Shown here: positions 23,296-30,387 of the stretch, piece by piece
Layout: each line of letters opens with the position of its first letter
Position numbering within the stretch: the stretch's first letter is position 1
Assembly: GCF_000485595.1 (NCBI RefSeq)
Contig: NW_014577087.1
Location: forward strand, 544,303 to 574,689
Direction: 5' to 3'
Length of the DNA: 30,387 nt
Source: Priapulus caudatus
Taxonomy: Eukaryota
Position numbers and translations under genes: made by a program
Notes under the pieces: model-generated
What the model saw: the letters and a program-made list of their open reading frames with translations, nothing else
The model's database searches: none
What the model was told of the DNA's origin: nothing

Positions 23296-23358
23296 TACGT
23301 GATATCCCCACGTAGGTACGTGATATCCCCACGTAGGTACGTGATATCCCCACGTAGG
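23296..23358. repeat. 21-bp tandem repeat x3 (tacgtgatatccccacgtagg), each unit with inverted TACGTG
   Basis: Exact units at 23296, 23317 and 23338. Confidence 0.95.
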
Positions 23359-24624
23359 ACGCACGTCCCTATACGCAGAGCTCTCGGCTCCTAATTGAAT
23401 CTGGCCGCTGCGCCGGCGCGTACACGCACAACTCGTGCCACGCGGCGCTTGATGCGTCTATAAAACTAGCGATGCTGTGCCGAGGATAATCAAAGACGTA
23501 ATGGGCTTCATTACTTGTGGCATCGGCGGAATGCGTGCGATTCGACGATCGCCTCGAGGATGACTGCTCGTGGCGGATGGCTACGGGACGAGAGTGGGCT
23601 GAGAATAGTGGCGTAGTGGGAAGAGTATTGCGCCGGTCGGTGAGAGTCTATACGCGTGCAATCGTGAATCCCAGCTTCCCTTCGTATGTTGTCCAAATAT
23701 TGGCGCTCGGCTGGCGTAATTACATAATTAATAGTAGCTGCCTGCCGTAACAGCCAATCAGGGTAAACATCGTTGCGCGCTGCACACCGATGTTATTTTT
23801 CGCGCCATCTTCATACGTGGTTGTTTAGGTTGCTATAACGTTCGCACGTTTCCCGCTCCGTCAAAGCATCTCTCACCGGCACACGTTCGCGCACGTCTGT
23901 CGCGTGCACAGACATCATGCCACGCAATAAATTAATTTACGTTGTGTAGAATCCCGCATGCGCACAACGTATATAGACACGCAGGAGACAAGAATTACTT
24001 GTTGATCATATTAGGAAACCTACGAGCAATTATTGGGTAGTAAAACGCCAATGAAACTGGAATTTCGTCTTGCGTATACATGATCTATACTCAATTGTCA
24101 CAATCAAGAGTAGATAATAACACAATAATGTGTTATTATCTACTCTTGTCACAATGCATACGAAATCTGCAGCGAATGACGCTGTATAAGAAAAATCTTA
24201 GTTCTATGGTAAATAAAATTAATCTTGAAATACTCATGATGAACATGTGGAGACTACACGAGTGCCAGGCAATCGAAACGCATCACGCAAAAGCACGGAT
24301 GATCCGGAAAGTATTTCGGGTGCGAGTGTGTCATCGATAGTTCGCTAAACGTTTTTCGGCATTGAGATCGTTCTTCACATTTGTAAATCATATGCTCTAT
24401 AAGAGGCACATAAGCGGACGTGATACTTAACTCGATTACACGCGTACACGCGTAGCATGCGGTTATAGAAGGCCCCCCTCCTCCCTCCATCCCGCCCCTT
24501 ACCTCACGTACACACGGAGCTGCGTAGGGATACGTCACACTACGGCAGGTGTCTACGGAGAGCCTGATGCGACAATCGTCTGACAATCGACTCTGACGTG
24601 CGCGGTATACCCTGCACTCTACCT

Positions 24625-24886
24625 GCAATGCCCCCCCCTTTCCCCAGGGGTCCGTCGGGAGGTTTCGGAAACGAAACGACGAGGGGGCACCGCCGCAGCT
24701 TATTCGGTGTCCCCGGCGTCTTACCGTCTACGAAAATCCCTGCAGAGCAGACGCGGCAAACACCCGCGCATACACACGCGCCGTTATATACGCCGCCGGT
24801 CAGGTGTCTGTCGTGAATTGACGCTGGACGCTGGAGAGGAACAGGATATTAGCGTTGTAAACTTCGGCTCTGCTGCACAGGTAGGA
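24625..24886 (+). promoter_or_regulatory. candidate promoter with TATA-like box and short non-coding exon
   Basis: CpG-rich, ttatata at 24784-24790, donor cag|gtagga at 24881, no ATG between them. Confidence 0.35.
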
Positions 24887-25864
24887 AATTAGCTGCGTTT
24901 TATATGTTTGCCGATCAAGTGTGTCGAGTAATTAAGCGAAGCTAATTGAATTCCCGTCGCGTTGCAGCGCAGTGCATGGGTGTCAGTGTGTCGCAGGCAT
25001 TGCGCAACTGTTACCGTGTCAGGTGTTAACTTGAATAAAGCATAGCGTTGTTGCGCGCGTAATGCTAATTCAATGCTAAATTAGCAATCAATGTTTAATC
25101 TAGTAAAAGTAAAGTAGTTGCACTTGTGAAAGAAATATTGTGATGTCATTATTCTGAATATATTTGTGCAGTTATACATCGATGTGCAGGCGGCTAGAAT
25201 TCAAATGATATTTAATGCGAATGGATAGATAATGAATGAACCCACATGATACCTGATCTACGCTGACGTGGAGAATTGAATGGCATAGCGCGTGTAACTG
25301 TAAACTTTTCGAATAACAGGTGCGCGCTTCGTAAATATCAGGCACAGATCGTGATATGCCTTGCAAGGAGATAAAAGGGTAAAAACATGTCTATCACGCC
25401 CTTAATTTTCATTAGATTTGTAAAGGTGCATGTGCGTTCGTTCTTATATTTCGATAATGCGTTAAGAGAAATTTTGTTAGGCTCTTTCTTCGAATATTGT
25501 AGGATCGGACAGCGATATATATTGACTTTATGTAATTTGTATCTGAACCGCACATCATAGACGCATGCTGCAAATACGGGCGGGTGAACAAATGTTTTCG
25601 GGCGCACTTTGTTTATATAAAATATTAGAATTTTAAATCATGTAGAAGCTGTGTAAATAAATACAAGGCGCTGTTATCTGTGCGCGTTGCATATAACCTA
25701 ATCTTATTTATCGCCGTATTATTATTTATAACCACAAGGACTGCGACATTTATGTTTCTAAATGTGAAATTATTATCATAAATCCACACATGAATACATA
25801 CTCGCATGCAATCCTACTTATATGAAGCACACGCACACGCTAACATGCACATGCAGACACAAAC

Positions 25865-25893
25865 ACGCACACACACACACGCACGCACACACA

Positions 25894-25947
<54 letters not shown>
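25865..25947. repeat. (CA)n microsatellite at the D/A junction
   Basis: Direct inspection. Confidence 0.95.
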
Positions 25948-25950
<3 letters not shown>

Positions 25951-27093
25951 GCGGACGACGTGCGAGTAGATGCGCATGCACGCGCACGGAATCAAATCAC
26001 TGAATTATATGTAAATCCAGTGTTCAAAACGTTACAATTTCACACTCGGGTTTTGAACACTATGAACATCTTTTGTGCAACTATCCGATTGGTCGTTAAA
26101 GTCAGGTGACGCTGCCCGGAAATCCAAACGCATAAAAAAAAACGAATCCAGAGGACCTCGACGACTTACTTCGTGTTGCGCGCATTCATTCCATTTTAAG
26201 AAAAGTCGCACACCCCGACTGCATTTGTCAATAATTGATTACACGAATAATTAATCAATTTAATTAATTATAATAAATTAACTCGTTAATTTAGAACTTA
26301 GCGCAACATAGCTAGCTAGCCCGGTCGCGCTCAACTTCTGTAAGAAAGGGAGCGTGCGTTCTGCAGTGTAATTACGGGGTTGCAATCATGACGAAGCGCG
26401 TTTCGCGGGGTTAGATCTCGCCGCCGCCGCGACTATTACTTCTGGTGCCGGCCTCACAACAAGGGGGAGCGCAACATCGCGGCACGGTGCTCTCAATCTC
26501 CCTCTCTCTCTTCGGCAATATACGTGTGCGCCTGTGTCATTACAGTGAGTGATCGTCTCACGTGTTAGCTGAAACTATATTAACTTAAATGTCGATTTTT
26601 CATTGCGTGCGCGCGTGTATGTGTGTGCGTGAGTGCCTGCTTTCGCGTAGGTGAGTGTTTACTTGAAAAAAGTAATTACTACAAGCAGAAATAGAAAATA
26701 TGTTCCGATACTGCCTATGGCTGCCTATAGAAAATAGTGAAAAGGCAAAATTGCACGTCGCTTAACGGTGTTTCTCTAAAATAGGTATAGTACAGCAACG
26801 CGAAAAGTAAAGAACACAGAATCACTATACCGATACTGTGTTAATTTATTCCTAACAGAATGAATTATCGATATATGTTTATTAAATGTTTTAATATACG
26901 TTAAGTGCTTTTAATAAGCGTAACCTGCACTTTTTAATTTCTAGAGTCAACCGGGAGAATGTCACATCGCATGTATCAAGCAAGCACACGCATAGTTACA
27001 ATGATGCAGAAATCACAGATGCTACATGCGATGAAACAGAAATCCCATCTATCCATCTATCTCTCTATCTATTTATCTATTTATCTATTTATC

Positions 27094-30000
27094 TGCGACA
27101 GTTGCTTAAAACGGGTAGCCATTTAGTCCCGGGCGGGGAGGCAAACACGTGGCCAACGCGGACATGCGGATGCATCCTCGGTGATTGTTACTGCGCGCTC
27201 GTCCTACATGATATCCTCCACGGTAGGGTACGTGATTATCCCCACGTTAGGGACTCGCACGGTCCTCTATACGCAGAGCTCTCGGCTCCTTAAGTTGATC
27301 TGTGCCGCTGCGCCTCGGCGCGTACAGCCAACTCGGCTGTCACGTGGCGCTTGATGGTTACTATTAATACTATCGATTGCTGTGTCGATGCGATATATCA
27401 GAAGATGGTAATGGGGCTTCATTACGTTGTTGGCATCGGCGGACATGCGTTGCGATTCGACGATTCGCCTCGTATGTGATGACTGCTTCGTGGGCGGGAT
27501 GGGCTACGGGACGAGGAGTGGGCTGAAGAATATAGCTTGGCGCATAGTGGGAAACAGTATTTGCGCCGGCCGGTCGTCTTGCAGAGTTCGATAATATCTG
27601 CGTGCAATCGTGAATTCCCAGGCTTCCCTTTCGTTATAGTTGCTCCAAACTATTTGGCGCGTCGGCTGGCGCCTGCTGAACGTATATTTACATAATTAAT
27701 AGTAGCTGCCTGCGGTTATACAGCAATCGAGCGGTAAAACATTCGGATCGCGCCGTCTGCACACCGATGTTATTTGTTTCGCGCCATTCTTCATACGGTG
27801 CGTTGTATAGGTTGCTATAATCTGTTCGCACGTTTTTCCCCTGCTCCGTCATAATGCATCGTCTCACTTGGCACAACGGTGTCGCGCACGTCATGTCGCG
27901 GTGCAACTAGACATCATTAGCTCACGCAATAAATTAATTGTACGTATTATTGTAGAAACTCCGTACGAGTGGCGCCACAATGGCGTATAGTAGCGACACG
28001 AGGAGACAAAGAGGAAGATTTTTTAAAGCTCATACCGTCTGTTTGCATCCATAGTTATGAAAATCCTATCGTGAGCATATTATTTGGGTAGTAAAAACGC
28101 CAATGAACACTGCAGAATTTCGTTCATTGCGTATTACTATGATCTTATTACTAATCAATGAATCTGATCACATCTAAGAGTTAGATAAATGAACAGCGAA
28201 TAGATGTGTTATTATCTTACTCTTTGTTACAATGCATTACGAATATATCTGCAGCGAATGACGCTGTTATTATAGGAAAATCTTTAGTGTCTATGGTAAA
28301 TAAAATTAATTCTTGAAATAATATGATGACATGTTGCGAGACTACACGAGTTGCCAGGCAATCGAAACGCATTCACGCTAAAAGCTACGGTATTGATCCG
28401 GCAAATGTATTTCGGTGTGGCTAGGGTTGTAAGTCTTCGATAGGTTTCGCTAAAACGTTATTTCGGCATGCTTGGGCATCGTTCTTCTTCAAACATTGTA
28501 AATCATACTGCTCTATAATAGGCCACATAAGGCTGGTACGTTGATACTTGAACGTCTGATTACACCGCGCTACCACAGCGTAAAGCATTGCGACGATATT
28601 GAGAAGGCCCCCCGTCCTCCCTCCATCTCCGCCACTTAGCCTCACGTACAGACACTGAGCAATCTGACGGTTATGGGATACGTCACACTACGGCAGGTGT
28701 CTTACGCGAGTTAGCCTGTCATAGTACGACAATCGTCTGACATCTGAAACTGCTTGAACGTGCGGGTATTACCCTGCACCTCTTACCTGCAATGCCCCCG
28801 CCCTTTCCCCACGGGTCTGCGTCGGGAGGTTTCGGAAATCGAGAACGACGAGGGGGCCAGACCGCCGCAGCTTTATTTCGCGGTGTCACTCGGCTGTTCT
28901 TACCAGTTCTAGCGACATCATTATCCCTGCAGGAGCAGAGCGCGCAAAACACGCCGCGCATACACACTGCGCCAGTTATATACGCCCGACCGGTCAGGTG
29001 GTCTGTCGTGAATTGACGCTGGAGACGCTGTGAGAGGAACAGGGAATATTAGCGTTGTAATACTATTCGGCTCTCGCTGGCCAACAGTGTAAGGAAATTA
29101 AGCTGCGTATTTATATTGTTTGCCCGATCAAGTGATGATCCGAGGTTATATTAAGCGAAGCTAATTTTGAATTTCCGCCGTCGCGTTGCAGCCGCAGTGC
29201 ATGAGGTGTCAGTGTGTCGCATGCATTGCGCAACTCGTTACCGTGTTCAGGGATTAGTTATAATTCGAATAAAGGCAGTACAGCGTTGGTTGCGCGACGT
29301 TAATGGCTAAATTCAAGTGCTAAATAGTCAATCCAATGTTTTAATCTATGTAATAAGGTAAGTTTGAGTTGTCACTTTCGTTGAAAGAAATCTTTGTGGA
29401 TCTGTCATTTATTTCTGAAATATATCTTTGTGCGAGTGGTATAACATCGTGATGTAGCAGTGGCGTGCGTAGGATGATTCAAATGATATTTAATCGCGAA
29501 TCGATATGATTATTATGGAAATGAACCACATGATACCTGATCTTACGCTGACGGTGGAGAATTGAAGTCGGCATAGCTCGAGTGTAAACTGGTAAACTTT
29601 TCGATATAACAGCGTCGCGCGCCTTGCGTAAATAATTCATAGGCACAGATCTGTGATATAGCCTTCGCAAGGAGATTATATATATGGGTAAAAAGCATGC
29701 TATAGCACGCCCTTAAATTGTTCGATTATGATTTGCTAATGCATGTGCGTTTCGTTCTTATATTTCGATATATGCGATTAATGAGATAATTTTGGTTATG
29801 GCTCTATTTCTATCGAATATGATAGATCGGACAGCGATATTATTATTGAATTTATGTTAATTTGTATGTCTGACCGCCATCTATCAATAGACGCCATTGC
29901 TGCGAGATACGGCGCTGGTCCTCGGCCGTGGAACAAATGTTTTCGGACGGGAACAAAATGTCGCACGCCTTTGTTTAATACTAAATATATAGATTTTTAA

Positions 30001-30387
30001 ATCAGCCCTGTAGTGAAGCTGTGGTGTAAAAAATAGCAAGGGCTGTTATCTTGCTGGCGCGCGCGACCGTGTGCATAGTAACCTAACTACTTATTTTATT
30101 CGACCGTCTCTATTATTATTTATTAACCAACTTAAGGCGGATGCGACATTTGATGTTTCTAATATGTGACAGATTATTATCATGAAAAGTCGCGGTTATG
30201 AATAGATACTCGCATGCCAATCCCACTTATATTGAATCACTACGGCACACGAATTATACGATTGACTTGCAGACTCAAAATCAGCGGCACACACACACAC
30301 GCACAGCATCACACACTCACACATCACCACACACGACGACACACCTACACGAAACGACACACACACACACATCACCACATCGACACG
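27094..30387 (+). repeat. segment D', insertion-rich direct duplicate of 23196-25947
   Basis: Colinear from tgcgaca(g)ttgc to the (CA)n tract. Roughly one fifth longer than D because of scattered 1-3-nt insertions. Confidence 0.95.

Noticed and set aside
22155..23358. CRISPR-like arrays (263-bp and 21-bp repeats)
   Set aside because: Head-to-tail repeats without unique spacers, no cas genes, eukaryotic context.
26305..26335. gctagctagcccggtcgcgc as the 3' end of the Helitron-like element
   Set aside because: No clear hairpin, and the base following CTAG on the minus strand is not the expected T.

Overview
Eukaryotic (invertebrate animal) draft-assembly DNA with two N gaps (8641-9435, 21895-21904). 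The species cannot be fixed from the sequence alone. 104-5160 (+) holds the last six exons of a secreted VWC-VWC-VWD-C8-TIL protein of the kielin/chordin-like (KCP) or crossveinless-2/BMPER family, with all five splice junctions in phase. It is atypical: the autocleavage motif GDPH is replaced by GMQQ, the VWD carries an enlarged Arg-rich loop, and the C8 domain has lost cysteines in pairs. Its C8 exon is flanked on both sides by tandem repeats built from its own splice sites. About 14180-17306 is a dead, rearranged AcademX DNA transposon: transposase and XPG/PIN fragment on +, with one intron, and the C-terminal Cys-rich finger inverted on -. 18100-30387 is a direct duplication bounded by (CA)n tracts, in which some copies look like unpolished, insertion-rich long-read sequence. 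It also contains a Helitron-like element with 263-bp tandem repeats, a palindromic TACGTG array and candidate non-coding 5' exons. Most ORF-track entries are microsatellite or N artefacts. I found no wholly new multi-gene system that I can support; the best leads are the divergent BMP-modulator and the splice-site repeats.
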